Assembly: GCF_055900595.2 (NCBI RefSeq)
Contig: NZ_CM148325.1
DNA length: 64,000 nt
Reading direction: 5' to 3' (one strand)
How positions within the stretch are numbered: the stretch's first letter is position 1; each line of letters begins with the position of its first letter. Positions 20,725 to 33,403 of the stretch are shown one piece after another. The position numbers and the translations under genes were made by a program. The notes under the pieces were generated by a model. The model saw only the letters and a program-made list of their open reading frames with translations. It had not been told where the DNA came from and did no database searches.

Positions 20725-23117
20725 AGCATTGTCTCCAGCTCTTCCCTCAGCGCCTTACTGTCAGTAATGAGCTCAGGAACCCTTTCATTTAATGCCTGAA
20801 GTCGCCCGGTAAGTCGTTCCTGCGCCTGCTGATCGCGTTTATGATCTTCAGAGCTCTGAATCAGCGTGTTACGCAGTTGTTCAACTTTCTCCCTGAATGC
20901 GCAGAAAAAGGCATCGATTTCCTGGCGGACGGGCTGGTTAATATCCTGCTCAATGGATGCCTGCAGCTCCCCGAAATATGCCCGGGTCAGTGACATAACT
21001 TCCTCTCTGACCTTGTTGATATTGATCACGCTGCGACTCACATCCTCGTCATAGTTTTCCCAGCCCAGGTCACTGGTGCCAAACCATCGACAAACGGTTC
21101 CCCATACGCCACTCTGCCGACGGCGACGGGTGACGGTCTCCGTTCTTTCCTCCATAAGCGCACTCAGATTTATTTTTACCGCGAGCCGGGTCTGTAACTG
21201 GCTGACTGCCGGAAAACTGATTTTTACGGTAAAGCCCTCATCCTCCAGGCGGGCATTGATGCGACCGGCAATGTTTTCTGTGGCGTACAGGGCCGTGCCA
21301 CGAAAACCTGTTTCAATCCCGCTGACGATTTTCTCCAGCTCAGGCCGGAACTGTGCTTCAGCCTCACGGTGCAGGCTGGTCACGGTCGATTCGATTTGCG
21401 TCATCAGTTCAAGGGCTTCCCTGCGATCACTGAATTTTATTTCGGGGCTGTCCGGGGCAAAATCTCGTTTCCTGTAATCCTCCCGGCCCTGGTTGTTGAT
21501 ACCGGACCATTGAGAAATTTTCCCCCATAATCCGGACTGAGACCTTCGTTGTTCTGCGTCTTCTTCCTCCAGCATTTGCTGTTCTTTGCGTTTACCGCTT
21601 CTGAAATAGTCATTCAGCTCCTCTTCCAGTGAGGTGCAGACCCCCGTCAGTAATTCCCGGGTTTTAGTATCGATCTCCTCCATGGCCATTCTGACATCAG
21701 TGGTCATCTGCTCCTGACAGTCCGCGATTTCCCGGATATCCGCAAGCAGGCTGGTGATATGCGACTGCAGTGACTGAATGCTTTGCTGTAGCCCCTGATG
21801 GCGTAACAACAGGTATTCACTGATATTTTCTGCATTCTGCATCAGTTTTGCGGCGGCAGAGTCAACCGCCAGTGCCGCAGCTCTGGAATGTGAGCTCTGT
21901 ATGACTTCCGTTATCAGTTGATCGATAAGTGAGCCTTCCCACAGGTCTGTCGCCCCTTCAGTTGCCAGTTCACTGTCTTTACAGACGTATTCTTTTTTCA
22001 TGCAACCGAAGGCACCTCTGATAAAATCATCGACCCAGGCTTCATCAACAGGAAGGGTTCCGTTTTTCCGTAACTCATGAAGCGCACGGTTAGCCAGGTA
22101 TGCCTGGCGTGAGGATCCGGGATAAACGCGGGAGGCGGGCAGCACATTGCTGTTCAGCATTGCCGGAACTTTCTGGCGTACGGCATCTGCCCCATCGCCA
22201 TTGCGGTCTTTCTCATCAAATTTATTGACCAGTACAAACAGGCGGCCGGCTGATACGTCAGCAATGGCATTAAGCTCTTTACGGACGTCTTCATCCGCTT
22301 TTGAGTTCATCTGTGTGTAATCCATCACAGCCAGAACCGCAGAGGCTTTCTGCAGTTGATCCCGCATCATCACTTCCATCTGCGGTTGTCCGGCCTCATT
22401 AGGGCCGGGGGTATCCAGCAGTGTGAGTGTTCCCTGGCATGCATCCATCCCCACCAGATGGCTGAATTCCACGTCGATCACCGGCAGTTTCTGCACTTCT
22501 GCGTATTCATCAAAAGGAAATTCAGTCCCCATTGCCGCAGCAAGACGAACCAGATCGTTTAACGATGCCAGTCCGGTAAAGATTTCCTCCTCCCCGTGGT
22601 ATTCATTTTTGAGCCAGCCATCATCCGTCAGAATATCCAGCAGTTCGCGGGTATCCCCGGTTTGCTGCAGGGTCTGTGCGACCTGCTGTCCTGCCGGGGT
22701 GGCGAGTTTTTCCTGCAGTGTGATTAATAAATTGCGGACAGGCTGAATATGTTCCAGATGGAGAACCGGCTCAGTTTTTCCGGGAACGTGGCGGATGAGC
22801 GTCGGTACAGAGGTCATGGGGCGGTTACGGTTAGGCAGAATTTCCTGCCCCACAATGGCGTTGATGGTGGTTGATTTGCCTGCTTTCATCGTGCCGACAA
22901 CAGCCAGCACCATCTCCCTGCGGGCGGTTTTGATTTGTTCGCCCTCCAGCTCCTCAATTCTTTTCAGTGCTTTCTGTTTATCAAAAAGCAGTCTGTTTTC
23001 GTTCTTACTGTCAGATAACACATCTGGCTCCTCAACCATTTGCCGGAGCAGATTAATGTTCAGTTGCAAAAGTCGGTCGGCTTCATCACAAAGCAGGGCG
23101 ATGTTCTTTTCGTGCAT
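20721..23117 (-). CDS. Dynamin-like large GTPase (bacterial dynamin-like protein, 798 aa)
   Basis: G1 GTMKAGKST, G3 DTPG, G4 NKFD, followed by a long helical, charge-rich stalk region. Confidence 0.85.
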   Translation of the reverse strand: MHEKNIALLCDEADRLLQLNINLLRQMVEEPDVLSDSKNENRLLFDKQKALKRIEELEGEQIKTARREMVLAVVGTMKAGKSTTINAIVGQEILPNRNRPMTSVPTLIRHVPGKTEPVLHLEHIQPVRNLLITLQEKLATPAGQQVAQTLQQTGDTRELLDILTDDGWLKNEYHGEEEIFTGLASLNDLVRLAAAMGTEFPFDEYAEVQKLPVIDVEFSHLVGMDACQGTLTLLDTPGPNEAGQPQMEVMMRDQLQKASAVLAVMDYTQMNSKADEDVRKELNAIADVSAGRLFVLVNKFDEKDRNGDGADAVRQKVPAMLNSNVLPASRVYPGSSRQAYLANRALHELRKNGTLPVDEAWVDDFIRGAFGCMKKEYVCKDSELATEGATDLWEGSLIDQLITEVIQSSHSRAAALAVDSAAAKLMQNAENISEYLLLRHQGLQQSIQSLQSHITSLLADIREIADCQEQMTTDVRMAMEEIDTKTRELLTGVCTSLEEELNDYFRSGKRKEQQMLEEEDAEQRRSQSGLWGKISQWSGINNQGREDYRKRDFAPDSPEIKFSDRREALELMTQIESTVTSLHREAEAQFRPELEKIVSGIETGFRGTALYATENIAGRINARLEDEGFTVKISFPAVSQLQTRLAVKINLSALMEERTETVTRRRRQSGVWGTVCRWFGTSDLGWENYDEDVSRSVININKVREEVMSLTRAYFGELQASIEQDINQPVRQEIDAFFCAFREKVEQLRNTLIQSSEDHKRDQQAQERLTGRLQALNERVPELITDSKALREELETML

Positions 23118-23169
23118 TATTTAACCTTCCTAAGACGCATTTTCATGACAACCACGGAGGAGGTCATTT

Positions 23170-23250
23170 ACTACAAACGATCGTTTATAACGATCGATAT
23201 GATAGTAACGATCGATGTATTCTATTAACTTGAGAAACACAACGCAAGGG
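23170..23250 (-). promoter_or_regulatory. Putative promoter with three clustered GATC (Dam) sites; candidate phase-variation switch
   Basis: Minus strand TTGCGT-17 bp-TAGAAT, then CGATCG boxes at plus 23179, 23192 and 23210 within imperfect AACGATCG(T/A)T repeats, about 60-100 nt upstream of the dynamin start. Confidence 0.45.
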
Positions 23251-24159
23251 GACAACCCGGGTATGGCTGCGTTTGCATAGTGTTTTCATGGAGTTAAAAA
23301 TCTGTAACAACAGCCTGGTACATCACCACCGGGTTCAGAAGAAAATCCAGTTCCATACCGCGCGGGCAACAGAGACCACCTAGTCACGGACGGCGCGCAG
23401 AACCGTGCGTGCAACAGAGGCAATGCAGACGCTCTCCGCCGTGTCAAATATCCGGTCCACCGCACCGGTAAACTGTTCACGGGCCTGAGACCGGACAGAC
23501 TCCGTGCGCAGCTCGTCCTGCAGGCGGGTCATCAGGGGACTGGCGGCATGGTCGGGAAGTGCTGTCATGAGCGCACTGACCAGCGTATCCAGTTCCCAGC
23601 CGGTGCGGGCCGATACGGCAACAACCCGATGTACGGGCCGGAACAGACGGAATACCGCCTCCGTTTTTTCGCGAATGTTCTGTGCCTGTGCGGGAGAAGG
23701 CTGAATACCGGCCATATCCCATTCATGGCAGGGCTCCGTTTTATCGGCCTGCATCACCACAAACAGTACCCGCTGATGTCCCCGGTGCAGGATGTGTCGC
23801 CAGAAATACTCATCCACAGACAGGGCACGGTCATCGGCTTTAATCAGCCACAGTACCAGGTCCAGTTCGAGCAGAATGTCACGGTACAGGGCTTCATACT
23901 CTGCATCCCTGTCCCGGCTCTCGCCCACCCCGGGCAGGTCAGTGATAACCATGCTGTGACCATGGCCATTCAGACGGAAGCGCTGCACTTCCCGGGGGCC
24001 GGCGTGAACATCACTGACCGGGGTGACCTCCCCCTGAAACAGCGCATTACAGAGTGAGGATTTACCGGCCCCGCTTTTACCCATAATGCCAGGCACGGGT
24101 TCGTGACTGGTGAGTTTGCGCAGATGTTCGTAAGCGACTCGTCAGAACCGTATTGATAT

Positions 24160-25731
24160 TTACTGAGAGCTCAGATCAACTTTCCAGGGCAACAGATCGC
24201 GTACCCGGTTTGCCGGCCAGTCCTGGATATGTTCAATGACGTAACGCAGCCACTTTTCTGGCTCCACATTGTTCAGACGGCATGTGCCGATCAGCGAGTA
24301 CAACACCGCCGCATGTTCACCACCGCTGTCGGAACCCGCGAACATCCAGTTTTTCCGGCCTACGGCCACTCCCCGTAAGGCGTTCTCTGCGATGTTGTTG
24401 TCGATTTCCACCCAGCCATTACTGCAGTACACGTTCAGTGCATCCCACTGTTTCAGCAGGTATGCGAACGCTTTTGCCGTATCTGAGTGACGCGACAGTG
24501 TTTTCATCTGTTGCTGTATCCAGTCATACAGTGACTGCATCAGTGGCGCGGCTCTGGCTTTTCTTGCCGCCAGACGCTGTTCTGCTGAACAGCCCCGGAC
24601 CTCTGCCTCGATGGCATACAGTTCACCGATACGCTGCAGGGCTTCCGTGGTGATGTAGGTGGGCGCTCTTGCATGCACATCGTGGATTTTTCTCCGGGCA
24701 TGAGCCATACACGCGGCTTCCGTTATTCTGCCGGATTCGTATAACGCCCGGTAACCACCGTAAGCATCGGCCTGAAGCACACCGCTGTAACCGGCCAGGT
24801 GATTTTGTGGATGGATACCTTTCCGGTCCGGACTGTACGCGAACCAGACCGCCGGGGGCATCTGTGAACCGGCGTTACGGTCATCACGGACGTAGACCCA
24901 CAGCCGGGCTGTCCGGGTTTTACCGCTGCCCGGCTCCTGGACCGGGACGGGGATATCATCAGCATGGACTTTACCGGGCATCAGCACATACTGGCGCAGG
25001 ACGTCATACAGCGGCTCCAGCAGTTCAGCAACAGCACCTGTCCAGCGCCCCAGTGTGGCACGGCTCAGCTCCACTCCCTGACGACGGTATATTTCTGACT
25101 GGCGGTATAACGGCAGATGGTCTGCATATTTCCCGGTGACAACATGGGCCAGAAGCCCCGCTCCGGCATAACTGCGTGCAATGGGTTTTGAAGGTACTGG
25201 TGCCTGCACGATATGGTCGCACCGGCAACAGGCCTGTTTCGGACGTTGTGTTTCGATAACCTTAAAGGCGCTGCTGATAAGCTCCAGTTGCTCTGACACA
25301 TCACATCCCAGAGAACTGAGTTCACCACCACAGGCAGGACAGCATTCCTCTTCCGGCCGGATAACCCGGGTTTCACGGGGAAGTGAGGCCGGTAACGGTT
25401 TACGGGCTGAAGACTGGCGCAGGGCGGATGGCAGTACCGGGTCATATTGCTCACCCAGCGTTTCCGCCATTTCTTCCTGAAGTGCGCTGATTCGCTCCTG
25501 TGCTTCCTGTATCTGCCGTTCGGTTTTTGCACGAAGTTTTTCTGAGCTTTTACCGAACTGCATACGTTGCAGTTTCGCAACCAGCGCCTTCAGCCGGTTG
25601 ATTTCGGAAGCATAAGCCGCCACCCGCTGTGAGAGCAGGCGGTTGTATTCAGCCATCTGGCGGATGGTGTCCTGTTGCGTCTGCAACAGTGCCCGCAGGC
25701 GGGCGTTCTCATGAGCAAGTGAGGTGTCCAT
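24160..25731 (-). CDS. tnpC: IS66-family transposase TnpC (Orf3)
   Basis: 523-aa ORF with N-terminal coiled coil, zinc-ribbon CPACGG and C-terminal ...[27 protein letters not shown]. Confidence 0.9.
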   Translation of the reverse strand: MDTSLAHENARLRALLQTQQDTIRQMAEYNRLLSQRVAAYASEINRLKALVAKLQRMQFGKSSEKLRAKTERQIQEAQERISALQEEMAETLGEQYDPVLPSALRQSSARKPLPASLPRETRVIRPEEECCPACGGELSSLGCDVSEQLELISSAFKVIETQRPKQACCRCDHIVQAPVPSKPIARSYAGAGLLAHVVTGKYADHLPLYRQSEIYRRQGVELSRATLGRWTGAVAELLEPLYDVLRQYVLMPGKVHADDIPVPVQEPGSGKTRTARLWVYVRDDRNAGSQMPPAVWFAYSPDRKGIHPQNHLAGYSGVLQADAYGGYRALYESGRITEAACMAHARRKIHDVHARAPTYITTEALQRIGELYAIEAEVRGCSAEQRLAARKARAAPLMQSLYDWIQQQMKTLSRHSDTAKAFAYLLKQWDALNVYCSNGWVEIDNNIAENALRGVAVGRKNWMFAGSDSGGEHAAVLYSLIGTCRLNNVEPEKWLRYVIEHIQDWPANRVRDLLPWKVDLSSQ

Positions 25732-25750
25732 ATCCTCACTTTACAACGGG

Positions 25751-26098
25751 TTATATGCGGATTCCAGCGCGTTCCGTTCGTTTCGGGTGCTTCCAGTTGA
25801 TACCTTCAAGAAGCATGGATAACTGAGCCGGAGTAAGGTGCACCTTGCCGTCACGGGTGACTGGCCAGACGAAGCGGCCCCGCTCCAGGCGTTTGGTGAA
25901 GAGGCACAGTCCGTCACTGTCAGCCCACAACACTTTTATCTGGTCACCCCGGCGTCCGCGGAAGATGAACAGGTGTCCGGAGAACGGGTCATCCTTCAGG
26001 ACGTTCTGAACTTTTGATGCCAGGCCGTTAAAGCCATTTCGCATATCGGTGATACCTGCAACCAGCCAGATACGCGAACCTGCAGGGAGAGATATCAT
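25751..26098 (-). CDS. tnpB: IS66 Orf2 (TnpB)
   Basis: 115-aa ORF MISLPAGSRIWLVAGITDMRNGFNGLASKVQNVL... Confidence 0.9.
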   Translation of the reverse strand: MISLPAGSRIWLVAGITDMRNGFNGLASKVQNVLKDDPFSGHLFIFRGRRGDQIKVLWADSDGLCLFTKRLERGRFVWPVTRDGKVHLTPAQLSMLLEGINWKHPKRTERAGIRI

Positions 26099-26775
26099 CA
26101 GTGGCTGCTCCCTTTTATTTCGCGGATAAGTGTCTGTAATAACGCCGGCGTCAGTTTACCTTTAAGCCTGAGAGTTCCGGCCGGCAGAACCAGCTCACAA
26201 CACAGACTGTCGGACGGTGTATTTATCCGCTCTGGTTCCTGTGCGGGGGCCGGGATTTTATTATCCGGCTCCGGCGTTAACGTCACGGGAAGCAGTGCCG
26301 GCATATTTTTTCCGGAAGGCAGCAGGCCACCTTTCCGGTATTGATGGCGCCAGTTGAAGAGCAGGTTATCGTTGATTCCGTTTTCCCGGGCGATCTGCGC
26401 CACACAGGCTCCGGGCTGCAGTGACTGCTCCACTAAGGCGATTTTAAACTCATAAGGGAAGTTGGGCCGCCGGGGACGTTTTTTTACCACGGGGGCTTCG
26501 GATATAACGGTGCTTTCAGGACGTACGACTGGTACCGTGGAAAATTGTCCGTAAAGGCAGGCATCAAGTTCCTGCTCCGACATGCCTGCGGGCAAAGGCC
26601 ACGAAAGGCCAGCTCTCCGAAAGCGCACGAACATACTACAAACTGTTGATTTTGGTACACCCAGGCGACGCCCGGCCACAACCCGGGGTAAATGTTCTTC
26701 AAAGTGAAGACGTAAAGCTTCAGTGATCCAGGTCCGGTGTTTCATACGATAGTGTCCATTAAAAATGATGGACAT
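26098..26775 (-). CDS. tnpA: IS66 Orf1 (TnpA, HTH protein)
   Basis: C-terminal half matches IS66 Orf1 (FKIALVEQSLQPGACVAQIARENGINDNLLFNWRHQYRKG...); start codon uncertain. Confidence 0.8.
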   Translation of the reverse strand: MSIIFNGHYRMKHRTWITEALRLHFEEHLPRVVAGRRLGVPKSTVCSMFVRFRRAGLSWPLPAGMSEQELDACLYGQFSTVPVVRPESTVISEAPVVKKRPRRPNFPYEFKIALVEQSLQPGACVAQIARENGINDNLLFNWRHQYRKGGLLPSGKNMPALLPVTLTPEPDNKIPAPAQEPERINTPSDSLCCELVLPAGTLRLKGKLTPALLQTLIREIKGSSH

Positions 26776-26997
26776 TATTTTTGTAGAGCCGGAGGAAACA
26801 GACCAGACGGTTTAAATGAGCCGGTTACAGATGTTCCAGGATGTGACGGGAAAGTGAGTAAGGCAGGGAGGAGAGCGGTTTTTCAATTGCCTCAATGGCA
26901 TCAGACGGATTCATACATGTATTCCCGGTGAAAAAAGACAAAACCCCGCGCACCGGAAAGGTGGCGGGGGATTCACGGAAATAATATCTGTCTGAAA

Positions 26998-28161
26998 TTA
27001 TCTGGAATCGATTTGGCTGTTCTGCCTGGTTGCCACCAAATCATGGTACGCCTGCTCAATCATTTCATTCAGCAGTTTTTTTGGGAGGACACCACGACTT
27101 CGGGCAATACTTTCAAGCTGTTTGTGGATTTTTCCGGACAGTTTCAGAGGGACGGAACCATCAGCACGTTCATCACGCCTTTTTTGTTGCTCCCGGGCAC
27201 TTTTCAGCTCATCAAGAAGAATCGCTTTATGCTGAATCCTGGGGGCCTGGAAGGAGACCTGCGTAAACTTCGCTCTGTTCCGTCTGGGATTACTTTCCAG
27301 TAAAAACTGTACCTGTTGCTCATTCCAGCCCTCCCAGTTATCAAACGTGGCGCAGGCAAACCAGTATTTCTGCTCCGGGGTAAGGGGATTCAGCGGGGTT
27401 CCCACACACCGGACCTGCATGGCGTTCCATAACCAGTCACACTGTTCACTGTCCCTGCTGTCCACCCACGAAAAGGGGGAGGGGTAATCATTGTTTATGC
27501 TGGCCCATTCAGAGAATACTGAGTTGATAATCGTCCTCGTAGCCTCTGGTCCGGATTTCAGCAGGTAACTGGAGCAGAACCATATAATTTCACGGTAGAT
27601 TTTATCCGGATGCACGGTGCGCATCGGCTTTTCTCTGGGACCGGCAATCTTCGGTTGCGATGGAAACCCCGTGGCAAACCGCAGATGTTCCGGGGGCATT
27701 CCTGAACGTTTTTCAGGAATGGGTGTGAGTCCTGCGTTTCTGGTCTTTTCCGCTTGTCCGGTATTGCCTCCGGCCGGAGTGTTGTCGGGAGTATCTTCCG
27801 GAGGCGAGGTGTTTTCATTAGTTGGGGGAACAACAGCAGAACTGTCCATCTCCGGAATGGGTTGAGGGGCATAATCACTGTGGTAGCCAGGGGAAAGCGT
27901 TAAGTCCCGAAGGGTGACATCAGGTTCCGGGCAGTGAGTGCCACCGGGAGTGAACGGGAGTTGTTGCTTTTGGGAGAAAAATGTATTGTGAATGCGGGTA
28001 TACAGCTGGAACAGAAAAAAATAAGATGCCCGTGGTTCTTTTTTTAACCACTGTGTATATTCCTCTATGGCACCGAGCTGTTGTTTGTGCCGTTTTACAG
28101 CATCGATATACGGACAGCTGGTGCAGATATCATCCAGTTCCTTTCCCACAATACACCTCAC
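26998..28161 (-). CDS. Hypothetical island protein (387 aa; Pro/Thr-rich linker, basic C-terminus)
   Basis: Long ORF upstream of the yeeP-like gene; no motif recognised; start uncertain. Confidence 0.5.
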   Translation of the reverse strand: MRCIVGKELDDICTSCPYIDAVKRHKQQLGAIEEYTQWLKKEPRASYFFLFQLYTRIHNTFFSQKQQLPFTPGGTHCPEPDVTLRDLTLSPGYHSDYAPQPIPEMDSSAVVPPTNENTSPPEDTPDNTPAGGNTGQAEKTRNAGLTPIPEKRSGMPPEHLRFATGFPSQPKIAGPREKPMRTVHPDKIYREIIWFCSSYLLKSGPEATRTIINSVFSEWASINNDYPSPFSWVDSRDSEQCDWLWNAMQVRCVGTPLNPLTPEQKYWFACATFDNWEGWNEQQVQFLLESNPRRNRAKFTQVSFQAPRIQHKAILLDELKSAREQQKRRDERADGSVPLKLSGKIHKQLESIARSRGVLPKKLLNEMIEQAYHDLVATRQNSQIDSR

Positions 28162-29680
28162 CTGCTTTTCTCACATTTGCAGATTTTAAAAAAGCAAACA
28201 AAAACCTCCGTACATGATGTACAGAACAATCTACCAGGTAGTGGCGTCAGAAAACCCCCGGGCCGCCTGCACTTTCCGGAATGCGCCGGTTATGAAAAAC
28301 CGGAAATTCAGTCTCTGTTGTAAGATGTACCCTCTGATACTACGTTTTCTCTGTGTATTTAACTCACTGTATTTATTGTCTTTTTAAGCTTGACTGATAT
28401 TCTCCGGTCATAGTGTGCCGGATATACATCCCGTAAACTTCTCATTTTTATATAAAAATACCTGCACTCTCTTCAGCGCATCTGTCTCCTTTAAGTAAAA
28501 AATGTTTTCACGTATTGCTGTAAATTCATTTTAAATCAGTATATTACCTTGATATTGCTGTCTCCTGGTTTGATGCGTAATCGTTCTGCCTTTCTGGATG
28601 ATTCTGGTGCTTCCGGGTGCATTCTCCTCTGCACATGCAACAGTTCGTCATCGCCACGCTCCCAAAAAGCATATAAAAACGAATCGAATTTGATATTTTT
28701 TTCAATCGTTTTTCATAGGAATTTCGTAGGGTATTCTCCGCTATAACCTCCATATTTGCTGCCTTTTTCTCCATAAATCGTATGCAATATAGCCTGTCTG
28801 TCAAGACCTCTTCTCTGCTGTTGAGGAGACGATCTCATTTTTGGTCTTTTCCGGGAGAGAGGCTGTCAGATGAGCGAGCCGGATATACTGTCAGAGGTAC
28901 ACCCCGTAGCAGACCTGTGCTCCCATTTCCGCGATCCGGAACCAACAACACCCTACGGTTAATACCATTTGAAGCGTCAGGTACTGCAGGAAGTTCCCCC
29001 CTGCGCGGACATCGGTTCCTGCCGACATCTCACAATACGGCCAGACTGTCATGCAGTAACACCCGCATGCGGTCTGCGGTTTTAAGCGCACTCTCCCGTT
29101 TTCAGTGCACCGATAATGCGTCATAGTAAGTCTGGGGGAAGTTACGGAATGCCTGTTAAGTGGTGCCGTGGGTGGAGACAGCTTACTTTTCTACAGCAAC
29201 TGCAGTCATTCAGGATGATCAGGAGATATTCTGTCAATGTCACGATCCTGCCATTTTCGTACCCGCTAAGATACTTCCGTTACTGATGCTGTCCGCTTTT
29301 CACCATTTCATCCTCACTGACAGGCGTTGCGTTTTGGGTCATCACCACAGCTTTACGTTTCTCTTTTAACCGGTAACGCTCTCCTTTGATATTCAGCGTG
29401 GTTGAGTGATGCAGCAGTCAATCCAGGAGCGCTGTTGTCCGGCAACCACCATATCAACTTCTTCCCGGGTGTGGCGGAGAGGTGGTATCCTGGCTGAGTT
29501 TCGAAGCGAACCGTTCTTTTTGACGGGCGCATTTTACGTCCGGGCTGAATGTAGTAACGCGGCATGGAACGTCGGCCCGTATACCATTGCCTTAATCTCC
29601 GCAAAGATAACCTCGTCATTCCGGACATTCTCTGCCAGGCATATGTCGATGTAATCCATAAACGATTTCAGCTTACCCCT

Positions 29681-31638
<1,958 letters not shown>

Positions 31639-32500
31639 TTTGTGGCCAGTCTTTCTGGCTGGCGGTTCAGGGGATGTTTTCTGGTTATCGTGTACCACAA
31701 AGCAGGGATATTGCCCCGATAGTCACATTTCAGATTGATCGCGGTCTGAAGATGTGGCACTGAGGTAACGTGCTGGTGTCACTGGTATTGCTGAAGTTAT
31801 GGTTTTTCGGGGTCAGGTGAGCCTGTTGTGTGTATGCTTTTTGTTCAGGTCAGAGGGGGACTGTGTGGACAGCGGCTTTTGTCTCCGGGCATTCACGCCT
31901 GAACGATGAATGCGATTTTCAGCAATATTTGTCTTTGTGACACTCTCTGGTTGAGAAGCTAATGCGCGCCCCTGTTTCCACAGAGAATGAGGCTTGCCAT
32001 CAGCCGAAACATCAGTATTCCACGCCATACAGACGGCGCCTGACCATGTGCTGATGCAGGTAAAATGTTTCACTACAACTGTTCGGGTTGCTATGCAACG
32101 AAACAGCGATTCTCACGATCTTTAACTGCAACGTTTTTCCGCCTGAAAGCTGACTGCCTCCTGCTGAGGTGGGAGGCTATGATTCAGTGCGTTTATAGTC
32201 TCCGGGGTATGCATGTACCGGAGCATACCATTTCTGGTGGATAACAAGCCGGCACATTCAGACTGCAGTGAAGATGGAAGCACCTGGTTGTGAAGAACGT
32301 TTCTGCCCGTGGCTGCTTCGCATCATCAATGGTATTCATACCCGCTCAGAAATGACCGGGTGCTGAAGCCCTCCGTTATCGCGCAGTATAATGACGTATA
32401 TGATCTGTGGACGAGTGAGCGGCGTGCCTGATGTACGCCGCTATTACTGTATTTTACCACAGGGCTGGTTTTCTGCTGCCAGCCCTGTGGTTCTCAGACA

Positions 32501-33118
32501 TCAACTGTGAGCGGCATCAACCGATGTACGGTATGCCATAAGCACGTACTGATCCATCAGATTTGTCAGTGGTTCACTCTGACCCTGACGTGCAATGATC
32601 CATTGCTCCAGATCTTTTTCTGATTTGTGTTTCAGGTTTTTCGTCCAGTCGTCAAGGCTGTTTCCGGTCATTAAGTCAAGCCAGCAGAGCCAGACCAGTT
32701 TGAGACGTAACTCCGTGCCGCCAAACTGACGGAAGAGGCTGATCAGTTTGTTTGCCAGAGAATGTTGCTTCAGGCGCTCACATTCAGACAGCAGGATCCC
32801 TTCCAGCATCGGATGATGAACCAGCAGGTGTTCGCTGGTGCATAAATTCACCACCAGATCATCATCCAGGGACGGGGAGCTCCGTTTGTCCGGACCATAA
32901 ATCAGCCGGTGCAGACTCTGGGGAACGATGGCAATCTCCGGTTTTTCGCCATTGAATGACACCCACCCGGGCGTCAGATTATGGAAATAGTAGATATTCG
33001 GATGACACACGCCCCATGATACGGCGTGCCGGGTGAAGCCGGTCAGCCATTTCTGGTAGTTTTCATGGAGCAGCTCGTAACGGGTCTGATACTGTTGTTT
33101 CATTTTCATATTCCTCAC
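32501..33118 (-). CDS. Hypothetical island protein (205 aa)
   Basis: ORF MRNMKMKQQYQTRYELLHENYQKWLTGF... downstream of alpA-like gene on the same strand. Confidence 0.5.
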   Translation of the reverse strand: MRNMKMKQQYQTRYELLHENYQKWLTGFTRHAVSWGVCHPNIYYFHNLTPGWVSFNGEKPEIAIVPQSLHRLIYGPDKRSSPSLDDDLVVNLCTSEHLLVHHPMLEGILLSECERLKQHSLANKLISLFRQFGGTELRLKLVWLCWLDLMTGNSLDDWTKNLKHKSEKDLEQWIIARQGQSEPLTNLMDQYVLMAYRTSVDAAHS

Positions 33119-33196
33119 GGGGGATAACAGGCAGCAGAGCGCCGCCGGCAGGCCGGAGATTGCGTCTGCTGTGGGCGAAGGGTTAGTGGTTAAAAA

Positions 33197-33403
33197 TTAC
33201 GGACGGGACTGTGCAATACGCGCCTGCAGCCAGGCTTCCACTTCACTTTTCAGCCAGCGGGAGCTGCGCCCCATTTTGATGGGCGCAGGAAAGCCCCCAT
33301 CTTTGATGAGTTTGTCAAACCACTTATCGGTTAGGCCGGTCAGTTGAGTGATAAACGCCATGTCGACCATCTGGTCATCCATCAGCGAAACTGGGGTAGC
33401 CAT
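33197..33403 (-). CDS. alpA: AlpA-family prophage transcriptional regulator
   Basis: 68-aa core MATPVSLMDDQMVDMAFITQLTGLTDKWFDKLIKDGGFPAPIKMGRSSRWLKSEVEAWL; ORF-track start at 33604 is an extension. Confidence 0.75.
   Translation of the reverse strand: MATPVSLMDDQMVDMAFITQLTGLTDKWFDKLIKDGGFPAPIKMGRSSRWLKSEVEAWLQARIAQSRP

Larger units (their letters stand above)
24130..26828 (-). mobile_element. IS66-family insertion sequence, 2699 bp, flanked by 8-bp target-site duplication AGATGTTC
   Basis: Identical AGATGTTC at 24122-24129 and 26829-26836; imperfect terminal IRs beginning GTAAGCG / GTAACCG; three ORFs in IS66 order. Confidence 0.85.
23380..26914 (-). pseudogene. yeeP: YeeP/YfjP-like small GTPase gene split by an IS66-family insertion
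   Basis: N-terminal exon (26837-26914) MNPSDAIEAIEKPLSSLPYSLSRHIL joins in frame, once IS and one TSD copy are removed, to EHLRKLTSHEPVPGIMGKSGAGKSSLCNALF... (P-loop) ending at 23380. Confidence 0.8.

Noticed and set aside
21076-21477. 133-aa plus-strand ORF inside the dynamin gene
   Set aside because: Antisense to a gene with clear GTPase motifs; Ser/Arg-rich low-complexity translation.
24669-25139. 156-aa and other plus-strand ORFs within IS66 tnpC
   Set aside because: Antisense to the transposase; typical GC-rich shadow frames.
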